Below are positions 8,007 through 17,800 of a stretch of DNA of 19,187 bases, in pieces. The notes below the pieces were generated by a model. The model was not told the origin of the DNA and did no database searches. It was given only the letters and a program-made list of their open reading frames with translations. Position numbers and translations under genes: made by a program. This stretch comes from Candidatus Calescibacterium sp. (GTDB taxonomy: Bacteria; Calescibacteriota; Calescibacteriia; Calescibacteriales; Calescibacteriaceae), in the NCBI GenBank assembly GCA_032249135.1, contig JAVVGL010000032.1, positions 1-19,187 on the forward strand, in the 5' to 3' direction. Position 1 is the first letter of the stretch; every line of letters starts with the position of its first letter.

Positions 8007-9086
8007 ATGAAAGAGCTTACAATCTTGATGCCTTGTTTGAATGAAGCTGAAACCATAGGTAAATGTATAGAGAGAGCTAAAAAACTTCTTTCAGAATACA
8101 ATATAGATGGGGAAATTCTTGTGGCAGATAATGGCTCAACTGATGGGAGTCAGGAGATTGCAAAAAGTCTCGGAGCACGGGTTGTCCATTGTCCAACCCG
8201 AGGTTATGGCGCAGCTATTATGTGCGGAATAGAACATGCAGAAGGAAAATTCATACTGTTAGGTGACAGCGATGATAGTTATCACTTTGATGAAGCTTTC
8301 CCACTGATAGAAAAATTAAGGGAAGGATATGATGTCTGCATGGGAACAAGATTGAAGGGAAAAATAATGCAAGGAGCTATGCCTTGGTTGAATAGATGGA
8401 TAGGAAACCCGATATTGACCGCTATTGGAAAGTTTCTATTCAAGATAAATATCAGTGATTTCCATTGTGGTATGAGAGCTTTCAGAAAAGATAAGATATT
8501 AGCTCTAAACTTGGTAACAACTGGGATGGAATGGGCATCAGAGATGATAATTAAAGCTAAGTTAGCTGGTCTGAAAATCACAGAAGTTCCTATCACATAC
8601 TACAAAGCAGGAAGGAGTCGCCCCCCTCATTTAAGAAGATGGAGAGATGGCTGGAGGCATCTGAGATTTATGTTACTTCATTCACCATTCTGGCTCTTTA
8701 TAGTTCCGGGAATAATCATGACTTTGATAGGCTCTATCGGTATGGTTGCTCTAATTCCTGGCCCCATTATCATCAAAGGAAACATAGGTTTTGATGTTCA
8801 TACCCTTTTAGTGATGGCTTTCCTTACGATATTGGGATTCCAGACTATATTTGTAGGTTTTTTTGCAAAAATATATGCTCATAATTCCGGAATATTACCA
8901 TACAACGATAGGCTATTCAAAATTATAAAAAGATTCTCCTTAGAGGAGCTTCTTATAGCCTCACTTCTTATAGGAGTAATTGGCGTTGCGGGGGTCATAT
9001 GGAGTGTTTATGGATGGTATGAGGTTGGATTTAAAGAACTTAACTATCAAGTGACTATGCGAAAATTAGTTCCATACTTATGTTAG
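8007..9086 (+). CDS. GT2 glycosyltransferase, DPM1-like (polyprenyl-phosphate sugar synthase), C-terminus possibly clipped
   Basis: ILMPCLNEA, VADNGSTDGS, GYGAA, GDSDDSY, DFHCGMRAF, GMEWASEM, EVPI and LRRWRDGWRHLR, followed by three TM segments. It ends abruptly at MRKLVPYLC. Confidence 0.9.
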   Translation: MKELTILMPCLNEAETIGKCIERAKKLLSEYNIDGEILVADNGSTDGSQEIAKSLGARVVHCPTRGYGAAIMCGIEHAEGKFILLGDSDDSYHFDEAFPLIEKLREGYDVCMGTRLKGKIMQGAMPWLNRWIGNPILTAIGKFLFKINISDFHCGMRAFRKDKILALNLVTTGMEWASEMIIKAKLAGLKITEVPITYYKAGRSRPPHLRRWRDGWRHLRFMLLHSPFWLFIVPGIIMTLIGSIGMVALIPGPIIIKGNIGFDVHTLLVMAFLTILGFQTIFVGFFAKIYAHNSGILPYNDRLFKIIKRFSLEELLIASLLIGVIGVAGVIWSVYGWYEVGFKELNYQVTMRKLVPYLC

Positions 9087-9124
9087 AGGTAAAACCAATC
9101 AAAAAAAATCAAACACAAGGTTGA

Positions 9125-9166
9125 ATTTAGAAAATTTAAAATGATATTTAGAAAATTTAAAATGAT
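9125..9166 (+). repeat. Perfect 21-bp tandem duplication
   Basis: ATTTAGAAAATTTAAAATGAT at 9125-9145 and 9146-9166. Confidence 0.9.
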
Positions 9167-9187
9167 AGAGGAATAAATATAGCTAAA

Positions 9188-9793
9188 ATGACCACATATG
9201 ATGAAAGTTATGTAAATCAGTATATCAAAAGGTCGTGGATAAGAAAAACGATTCGGAGGATAATTTACCTTAAACATATTTTACGGTATGTAAATGGACC
9301 AACAATAGATTTTGGTTGTGGCACCGGAGAATTGTTAGCGTTGCTCCCAAAAGGATCGATAGGATTTGACATTAATAAAGCTGCAATAGATTACCGCAAA
9401 AGAAATAATCTAAACGCAAAATTATACGATCCTCAAACTGATGATTATAAATTCGCACAATTAGAACCCAAATTTTATAAAACTTTTGTGATGAACCATG
9501 TGCTTGAACATATAGAAAACCCTCATGAGACATTAAAGAAAATCTTAAAATCATGTAATAGATTAGGGATTGAAAGAATAATCATAGTTGTCCCGGGACC
9601 GAAGGGCTTTGCTCGCGACAAAACACACAAAGTATTTATAGATTACGAATTTTTCAAAAAGCACAATCTAACCGATGCGTTCGGATATACTATCACAAAA
9701 CATAAATATTTTCCGCTTAACTTTTCATGGGCTGGCAAATTTTTTGCATATAATGAACTCGTAATAATTTACGAAAAAAGTAAAAATGAATAA
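9188..9793 (+). CDS. Class I SAM-dependent methyltransferase (glycan-cluster type)
   Basis: Motif I IDFGCGTG, GFDIN, NHVLEHIENP and IVVP..DKTH. SD-like AGAGGA upstream. Confidence 0.88.
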   Translation: MTTYDESYVNQYIKRSWIRKTIRRIIYLKHILRYVNGPTIDFGCGTGELLALLPKGSIGFDINKAAIDYRKRNNLNAKLYDPQTDDYKFAQLEPKFYKTFVMNHVLEHIENPHETLKKILKSCNRLGIERIIIVVPGPKGFARDKTHKVFIDYEFFKKHNLTDAFGYTITKHKYFPLNFSWAGKFFAYNELVIIYEKSKNE

Positions 9794-9805
9794 AAATAGT
9801 ATGAT

Positions 9806-10733
9806 ATGATTTCAATAGTCATCCTTACAAAAAATCCGGGAAAAAGATTCAGAGAAGTTATTCGCCAAGTCTTTAATCAGAAAACAGAAGATGATTTTGA
9901 GGTGATAGTCATAGATTCGGGTACCACAGATGGTTCGTTATCTTGCTTGGAAAACACATCAGCAAAACTTATCAAAATAAATCCTTCCGATTTCGGACAC
10001 GGAAAAACAAGGAATTACGCCGCTGATATAGCAAACGGCGAGTTTTTAGTTTTGCTTTCGCAAGACGCTACGCCAGCAAATAAAAATTGGCTAAATGAAC
10101 TCATTAGACCACTAAAAGAAGATGAAAAAGTCGCAGGAGTATATAGCAAACAAATCCCATACGAAGATGCAAGTATCATGGAAAAATGCTTTTTGTATGT
10201 TCATTACCCAGATACTTATCAAGTAAAAGAAAAAAAGAACAAAAAGGAACTGACACTCAAAGATGTTTTTTTTTTCTAATGTAAGTTCAGCTATGAGAAG
10301 AGAGCTTCTTCTGAGGTTCAGATTCCCCGATGACCTAATAATGAGCGAGGATCAAGCATGGTCAAAAGAAGTTATCCAACACGGCTACAAAATTGTTTAT
10401 AACCCAAAATCAATTGTTTATCATTCACACAACTATTCACTTATCAGAGTATTTCAGAGATTTTTTGATTCGGGCGCATCTTTGAAAGACTTAAATTTAA
10501 AAGCAGGCAACTACAAGGAAAGTATCAAAGTTATTTATGAGGAGATCAAATTCTGCTTGAAGGAATTGGGCTTGACAAAATCCCTCTTTTACCTCCCTTA
10601 TGTTGCTGCATATGAATTCATGAGACACGCCGGATTTATACTTGGACAAAATTATAAGAGATTACCCCAAAATCTCCTGCCTTATCTTTCATTCCATAAG
10701 TACTACTGGAATAAAAACAGATTGGAAAAATAA
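9806..10733 (+). pseudogene. GT2 glycosyltransferase (rhamnosyltransferase-like) frameshifted in a T10 tract: phase-OFF allele, pseudogene or sequencing error
   Basis: The 5' half (9806-10279) has ISIVILTKN, VIDSGTTDGS, FGHGKTRN and SQDA. The 3' half (10263-10733) has FSNVSSA, SED and VYHSHNY. Removing one T from 10266-10275 gives a single 308-aa ORF reading DVFFSNVSSAMRR. Confidence 0.88.
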
Positions 10734-10760
10734 AATATAAATTACCTTTTTAAAGACAAA

Positions 10761-11495
10761 TCATCTTTTTCTTGGCTGTGGTAAAAACATTTTGAAAACA
10801 AAGACGGAAACCAAAATTAAGGAAACAATAGCGAAGCCCAAAAGAATAGGGAAAAAATTTCTTAACAAAACAAAAAATATTGTAGTACGTCCAACTTCAT
10901 CTAATTTCCTCTCAACATCATCAACATAGTAATATGTGCCATAAAGAAAACCCGAAATCCGAAGATCATTCGTAAGAAAAACTATAAGATTAGGATGATC
11001 TATTATTTCACCTTTTCTTTCTATTTTGAAATCAATTGCATCCAGGATTTTTTGAAACTCAGGTCCGAAAAGAACAACCCAAGTTCCTGACGAAACAAAA
11101 TCTTCTATCTCATTCCTTTTTATAAATCTTTCAACATCTTCCTTTGTATCTTTTTCATCAAAAGATAAAGATATAACAAGAAAATCATTTCTACCTCTTT
11201 TTGTAATTTCGTCTACAACATCTTTCAAACTTTGAGTTATTGGATTGCAAGCGTGAGGACAATTTGAGTAAATCGGACTTAAAATCACAACCTTTTTACC
11301 ACTATTTTTAACCAGAGTTTCCAAATCCACAATTTCTCCATCTTGATTGTAAAGCCGAACTGATGGGATTTTCTTTCCAATCACGAAAAGCTCACGAGGA
11401 TACGAAACATCAGCTAAAACAAAATTAAAATCAAAAATAGGAAAAAACAGATGAAAAAATACCAAAGACAATAAGTAAGAAAACACCAAACACAA
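10761..11495 (-). CDS. SCO1/SenC family copper chaperone (start uncertain)
   Basis: LYNQDG, YSNCPHAC (CxxxC), ISLSFD..DT and the conserved His in IIDHPN, plus an N-terminal hydrophobic stretch and a C-terminal TM helix. There is no N-terminal ATG; TTG at 11495 or GTG at 11486/11516 are the candidate starts. Confidence 0.85.
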   Translation of the reverse strand: MCLVFSYLLSLVFFHLFFPIFDFNFVLADVSYPRELFVIGKKIPSVRLYNQDGEIVDLETLVKNSGKKVVILSPIYSNCPHACNPITQSLKDVVDEITKRGRNDFLVISLSFDEKDTKEDVERFIKRNEIEDFVSSGTWVVLFGPEFQKILDAIDFKIERKGEIIDHPNLIVFLTNDLRISGFLYGTYYYVDDVERKLDEVGRTTIFFVLLRNFFPILLGFAIVSLILVSVFVFKMFLPQPRKR

Positions 11496-11584
11496 AGTTG
11501 ATTCTTTCCTCTTCACTACAAAAAAAGTAAAAAAACAAGACGTAAAAAATATTTTCTGTGAAAAATTCAAAAAATTTTTGATTT

Positions 11585-12886
11585 ATGAGCCACGATGAAT
11601 TAGTAATATCAGATGTCAGGGCTTTTGAGTTTCTTGATTCAAGAGGAAATCCAACGGTAGCGGTAGAAGTTCAAACAAAAGGAGGTGGGAAAGGATTAGC
11701 AATAGTTCCATCGGGAGCGTCAAAAGGCAAAAAAGAAGCCGTTGAATTAAGAGATGGAGACTCAAAAAGGTTCTTCGGCAAAGGAGTAAAAAAAGCAGTA
11801 GAAAATGTAAATACAACCATTCGCAAGGCAATTTTAGGTATGAGAGCAGACAAACAAAGAGAAATAGATGAACTCCTCATAAGTTTAGATGGAACGAAAA
11901 ATAAATCAAATCTTGGAGCAAACGCAATTTTAGGTGTATCCATAGCTTGTGCAAAAGCAGCCGCAAATACACTAAAAATAGAGGTCTTTGAGTATATAGG
12001 TGGAGTTTTCGGCTCAACTTTACCTGTTCCACTATGCAATGTGATAAACGGAGGAGAACACGCTGGATGGAATGTGGATTTCCAAGAATATATGATTGTA
12101 CCTGTGGGATTTTCGTCTTTTCACGATGCAATAAGATGTGCCTCCGAGATTTTTCAGACCATAAAAAAAATTCTATCTGAGCAAGGAATAATTCCGGCAG
12201 TTGGAGATGAGGGAGGATTTGCTCCGCCTCTCAAGGATAACGAATCTGCACTTGAAACCCTGATTTTCGCAACAGAAAAAGCCGGCTATACACCATCTGA
12301 TAATGTATTTTTCGCTCTTGATTTAGCTGCTTCTTCTTTTTACGACGAAAAAGAAAAACTTTATATCTTAAAAAAAGAAGGTAAAAAAATGAACACAGAC
12401 GAGCTTTCAGAAAAAATCATAAGAATATGTGAAAAATATCCTATAATCTCGGTTGAGGACCCTCTTGCAGAGGATGATTGGGATGGCTGGAAAAAATTAA
12501 CCCAATATCTTACCCAAAAAGGAATACAAGTCGTAGGAGATGACATATTTGTAACAAACCCAGAAATATTCGGGAAAGGTATAAAAGAAAAGATAGCAAA
12601 CGCTATTTTGGTAAAAGTAAATCAAATCGGAACGCTCACAGAAACATTTGAAGTAATAAATATGGCAAAAAGAACAGGATATTCAACAGTAATATCCCAC
12701 AGGTCAGGAGATACAGAAGATACATTTATTTCAGACCTTGCGGTAGGTGTAAATGCAGGACAAATAAAAACTGGTTCTCTTTCACGATCAGAAAGAGTAG
12801 CAAAATACAACAGACTAATTTATATAGAGGGAACTGGAAAAGCAAAATTCATAGGCAAAAAAGCATTTCCACTGAAACATTTATGA
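11585..12886 (+). CDS. eno: Enolase (phosphopyruvate hydratase)
   Basis: LDSRGNPTV, VPSGASKG, LGANAILGVS, VGDEGGFAP, VVGDDIFVTN, KVNQIGTLTE, SHRSGDTED and GQIKTGS; 433 aa. Confidence 0.99.
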   Translation: MSHDELVISDVRAFEFLDSRGNPTVAVEVQTKGGGKGLAIVPSGASKGKKEAVELRDGDSKRFFGKGVKKAVENVNTTIRKAILGMRADKQREIDELLISLDGTKNKSNLGANAILGVSIACAKAAANTLKIEVFEYIGGVFGSTLPVPLCNVINGGEHAGWNVDFQEYMIVPVGFSSFHDAIRCASEIFQTIKKILSEQGIIPAVGDEGGFAPPLKDNESALETLIFATEKAGYTPSDNVFFALDLAASSFYDEKEKLYILKKEGKKMNTDELSEKIIRICEKYPIISVEDPLAEDDWDGWKKLTQYLTQKGIQVVGDDIFVTNPEIFGKGIKEKIANAILVKVNQIGTLTETFEVINMAKRTGYSTVISHRSGDTEDTFISDLAVGVNAGQIKTGSLSRSERVAKYNRLIYIEGTGKAKFIGKKAFPLKHL

Positions 12887-12941
12887 TTCTACCAAAATAT
12901 TTACAGCTAAAAAACTTATTTTACGAATAAAAATAAATTTT

Positions 12942-14780
12942 ATGATGGAAATCATCTTGTTCTCCTTGTTTTTATTCATAAACTGGGGAACATATTTTCT
13001 ATCCTTTTATAAGAATCACCAAGACATCTCTGCAAATTTAATAAAATCGTTCGCATTCTTTTATCTCCAAATTTTTCTAACCCAGATTATTTTAGGTTTA
13101 ATAGAAATCCTTGAAAGGAAATATTTTGTTTTAGTAAATGTATTCATAATAACCTTACTTTGCATATTTATTTATCTCAAAAGAAGAAATGAATTAAAGA
13201 GTTTTATCCAACACGCAAAAATAAACCTGCAATCAATAACTAAATCAAGCATAAAAATCAGTTTTGAAACAACTTTTATCTTAACAGGAATAATTGCAAG
13301 TTTGTTCTGTATTTCAGTCGTACTGCGGGCAAGCTACCTTTTCCCCCCAAGAGGCATAGACGACATAGCCTATCACATACCAAAAATTGTAGAAAATGTT
13401 ATTGACAAAAAACTTGTCAAACTACCTGTTGAGTTAGATCCAAGATTTGGTTTCCCAATTTCAGCACAGTTTCTAACTCAGGCTTATGTCATTGCTTTTC
13501 ATAATTTGAAGTTCATTGATTTTACAAACTTTTTTTTCGCTTTACTTTCATCAGTATCAGTTTATTCTGTGTCTTACAGCCTATTTAAAAATAAAAGAGG
13601 AGCAATAATATCGGCTTTATTTGTTTTTTCTATACCTTGTGTAATAGGGCAGATGGGGTCAAACTATGTTGATCTGAATTTTGCCGCATTTTTTCTCTCA
13701 TCTGTTGCTCTCTGCCTTACAAAAGAATATCTAGTAGCAGGAATTATGTCCGGATTTCTAATCGGGACAAAATACACCGGTTTCTTCCTTCTTCCTTTCT
13801 TATTTTTGATGGCAAGAAAAAACATATTAAAATTTATACTTGGAACAGCAATATCTGGTTCATTTCCGTATATTTATAACATCTTATCATTTGGGATGCC
13901 GTTTTACCCGGTTCCTGGCTCGCCCGAAGGTAGAAGAATTTACCCACAACCGCTCCCGCTAAATTTTGAGTCTCTCAAAATATGGATAAAAATAGCTCTG
14001 GCTTTCTTAAAATATGATAACTTAGAATTATCATTCCATAAAGGATTTTCCTTCATATTTTACCTTGTATCCTTGCCTGCTTCTGCTCTTTTTGTATTGA
14101 AAAAAAAGATCTACTTGAAATTAAGTTTCTGGACAATACTAATCCCCCTTTTATATCTTGTATGGAGAATAGTTCCTTCAATTCATGTAAATGCAAGGTT
14201 TCTCATATGGTTCGTACTTTTCACACTCCCCTTCTTTCCTGCACTTTATAACAACAGAAAATTTCTTTATTTTTCTTTTGCGGTTTTTCTTGCAAATTTT
14301 GCTTTTATTCCGTGGAAGATGATAAAAACAGAGTGGCCGATTTTGTTTAATGAAAAGTCAAATAGCTGTCCAAACACAATTTCAAACATTCTTGATTCAC
14401 AAAAACCCTTATGGTATCCGAACTACGAAGAACCCGCATCTTTCCTTGAATTCTTAGGAGAAAAATATAAAAAAGAGAAAAAAACAGAGTTAAAAATAGA
14501 TACCTGTAACGCACTCTTTTATGGAGAAAACCTTCAAAACAGGATATTATGCAAAAAAGATGAGGAAAAGGAAAAAGCAGATATAAAACTCTCTTTCCTT
14601 GTTATAATAGGAGGAAAAGTTAAATCTGAACTTCAAGATGAGATTGAAGGCTACAAAAAACTTTTTGCAGGAAAAGACTTTGCAGTGTTCATAAGAGAAG
14701 ATTTATATAAAGAAAATCAATCATTTTTTGACAAAGTGCTTTCGGAGTACGCAAGTTGCAGAACTCAGCGGAAAAAATAG
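12942..14780 (+). CDS. Polytopic membrane protein, GT-C superfamily (ArnT/PMT-like) glycosyltransferase candidate
   Basis: About a dozen hydrophobic segments, a loop motif PPRGIDDIAYHIP, YVDL, GTKYTG and ARFL, and a soluble C-terminal domain. Confidence 0.65.
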   Translation: MMEIILFSLFLFINWGTYFLSFYKNHQDISANLIKSFAFFYLQIFLTQIILGLIEILERKYFVLVNVFIITLLCIFIYLKRRNELKSFIQHAKINLQSITKSSIKISFETTFILTGIIASLFCISVVLRASYLFPPRGIDDIAYHIPKIVENVIDKKLVKLPVELDPRFGFPISAQFLTQAYVIAFHNLKFIDFTNFFFALLSSVSVYSVSYSLFKNKRGAIISALFVFSIPCVIGQMGSNYVDLNFAAFFLSSVALCLTKEYLVAGIMSGFLIGTKYTGFFLLPFLFLMARKNILKFILGTAISGSFPYIYNILSFGMPFYPVPGSPEGRRIYPQPLPLNFESLKIWIKIALAFLKYDNLELSFHKGFSFIFYLVSLPASALFVLKKKIYLKLSFWTILIPLLYLVWRIVPSIHVNARFLIWFVLFTLPFFPALYNNRKFLYFSFAVFLANFAFIPWKMIKTEWPILFNEKSNSCPNTISNILDSQKPLWYPNYEEPASFLEFLGEKYKKEKKTELKIDTCNALFYGENLQNRILCKKDEEKEKADIKLSFLVIIGGKVKSELQDEIEGYKKLFAGKDFAVFIREDLYKENQSFFDKVLSEYASCRTQRKK

Positions 14781-14805
14781 CTTAGTTGCCAATAAACTAA
14801 TCGTT

Positions 14806-17800
14806 CTACTCGTTGTAATTTGCGTTATTCCTCCCATTCTTCCTGAAATACCACTCCTTTCTACCATTAACTGTTCCTTTCCCAAGTTCAAATACCCTTA
14901 CATATCCTGATAAATCACCAAATACCAATTCTAACCTACCATTCCCATCTATATCTCCAAAGACGGGAGAAGGTCCTCTTAATCCACTACCTAAAAAGTA
15001 TGGACTGCCGTATTTATATTCACCACTCAGAGTATCAAAAATGTGAAGCCAACCATCATCTGTCGTAAGAACTATCTCCTGGGAGCCATCATAGTCAAAA
15101 TCTCCTACCGCAGGTGCAAAGCTCGGCATACTTGAAAACTTCTTAAACCATATCATAACTCCATTATCATCTATAACATATATATAACCGGGATCGCCTA
15201 AAGTGTATGGTATAGCTGTAACTATTACTTCAAGTCCTGAATCAGAATCAATATTTGTCAAAACTATGTTTCTTGGATAATACCCACTTAAATTACCTCC
15301 GCTCCCATCCAGAAGCACTAATGACCATTTCAAAATCCCATTCAAATCGTAAGCATAAATTTTATTTGGACCTGTTCCCCCTCCTCCAACAACAAAATCT
15401 TGTGTGCCATCTCCATCTATATCTCCTATGGAGGGTGATGACATCCATTGTGATAATCCTACATATTTTGTCCAAATAATGTTCCCCGATGAATCAAATT
15501 TGTACACATTTCCAACAACATCTGCTATCAAAATCTCCGCCGATGCCCCAGAACCATTTACAACCGGATGTGACCTTATCCTCTGTGATAGTTGATAATA
15601 CCATTTCAGGTCAGCCACACCATCTCCATTACTATCTTTTCCATCGTACGCATAGAGCCTATTGCATGGCTCAAAAGTTGGGAAGAGTATTTCGTTTTCA
15701 GGATCAGAATCTATATTTGCAAGCGTTAAAAATCTTATTCTGCAAGTCACTGAAATCGGAAATCCTGACTTTACATTACCAGCTGAATCAAATGCATAAA
15801 CCAGACCTCCATCATTTGCAACAACTATCTCAACTGAACCATCTCCATCTATATCACCTATTGCAGGGGAGCTCCAAACCGCAGAGCCTGTGCTTTTTGG
15901 CCAACCTGCTTTTACTGTGCCATCTGAGTTCAGAACATAAACTTGACCACTTCCTGTTGCCACAACTATCTCCAACTTACCATCTCCGTTAAAATCATAT
16001 AACTTTGATGATACGAGTATCTCCGCTCCAACATTCACAGGCCATGAACTCTTCTCTACCGCAAATCCCCTATATGGATGAGCATCTAATATCCTACCGT
16101 TTCCATTTCCGAAATCAACCCATGAGTATGATGATTGCGGTTCAGCAGATGATATCGCATATAACTTACCTCCTTCTGTCCCCACATATACTATCTGTCC
16201 TTTCATCTTCACTGGCGCAGTTATAGAACCTAAAACCCCTACCCAACAACTCAAACTCCCTCCCCCTATGCTTATTGAGTATAAAGTTGAACCTGAACCT
16301 ATAAATACTGACTTTTGTGATAATGCACCAGTTGACTTCACTGCACTTCCTGTTGAATATGACCATAGTAAAAACGCAGATGTTCCCGTTATATTTTCAC
16401 TTATCGCATAAACATAGTTGTTATCTGCTCCCACAAACACCGTCACCTGCGCTCCATAAGTATGAACAACTGGCGATGACCTTATTGCTGAACCTATGTT
16501 ATAACTCCATACAACCGAACCCGATGGCGATACCTTGTACAATTTCCCATCATCCGCTCCAAAGTATATGTCTCCCTTCGGTCCCAATCCCGGCGAGCTC
16601 TTTATCACAGCCGAAATAGTGATATTCCACTTATCAGTAAGGTCAAGTGAAAATGCATAAACTTTCCCTGCCTCTGTCACAAAATATACTGACCCCCTTA
16701 TTGCGTCTATTGCAGGTGCTGTACTTATTGCTCCCAAAACCTGCTTTGAGTTCAATATGCTCAAAGTCTTGCTCATCACAAATACCCAGCCCGTCGTCGT
16801 CCCCAAGTATACTTTACCATCTTTTACTGCACACCCTCCTACTACACCCCCTAAATCTCGTGTCCCTATCAGGTTTCCATCACTATCCACAGAGTGGAAT
16901 TTACCATCTAATGTCCCTACAAATATAGTTGTCCTCTGACCCTCATGAGATGCACACAAATGCGATGAAACCGCTGAACCTAAATTCTTCAACCACCTTA
17001 TATTCCCATTCATAACATCCACAGAGATAAGATAACCAGTTGATGTCCCTACATAAATATTCTCATCGTCTATCACTGCTGATGTTGTTATACTACCTCC
17101 TATACCTCCACTCAAATCTACATTCCAGATTGTGCTGCAAGCTGGACTACCAAATCTCACACATGCTGAGTTTGACCAGGGTGATGCCCCAAAACCAGTT
17201 CTTTCTGCTCTCACACGATAACAGTATGTTGTGTCTGCGACCAGCCCCGATGAATGCACATGTGTTGTTGAGTTAGGAGCTTTTGTTGTAAGTAGTCCCC
17301 ATCCTGAACCCGTGTTTACTTCTATCTTGAATCCTGTCTCTTGCGTTGATGAGTCTTGCCAGGTGAGTTTTATTGCATCTGAACCGCCTATATTTATCAC
17401 TTCGGCAATAAGAGGAGAAGGAGAAGCCATAGCAACAAAACATCTTTCAGATGAATATCCAACCGAATATGAGCCTTGTTCCTCCGGAATTGAGTTATTT
17501 CCATTCCACCAATTAGTTATTCTTGCACAATAAACATTCTCCTCTGCAAACTCTTTCTCATAGTATTCCAACCCTAAAACCGACTCTTGTGTGTATGCAG
17601 AAGAACTTTGTAGTCTCCACTCAAAGTTTTGTCCAACTTCATAAGAGGAATTATCTTGCCAGAAAAATCTCATTACTCTTATATTTGGTGCGCTATCTAC
17701 ATTGAAATGTGATGGTGCTTTCAGCCCTCTTACACACTTCGGACCTACCCATGATGATAAAGTCAAAGAACCCCCTACATTTAGTTTGAAGCTTGCGACC

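Noticed and set aside
9083..9277. 64-aa - strand ORF with repeated ILNFLN
   Set aside because: An artefact of the 21-bp tandem duplication, antisense to the cassette and overlapping the methyltransferase.
10263..10733. Independent 156-aa gene
   Set aside because: It is the C-terminal half of the GT2 starting at 9806; the FSNVSSA motif joins on removing one T.
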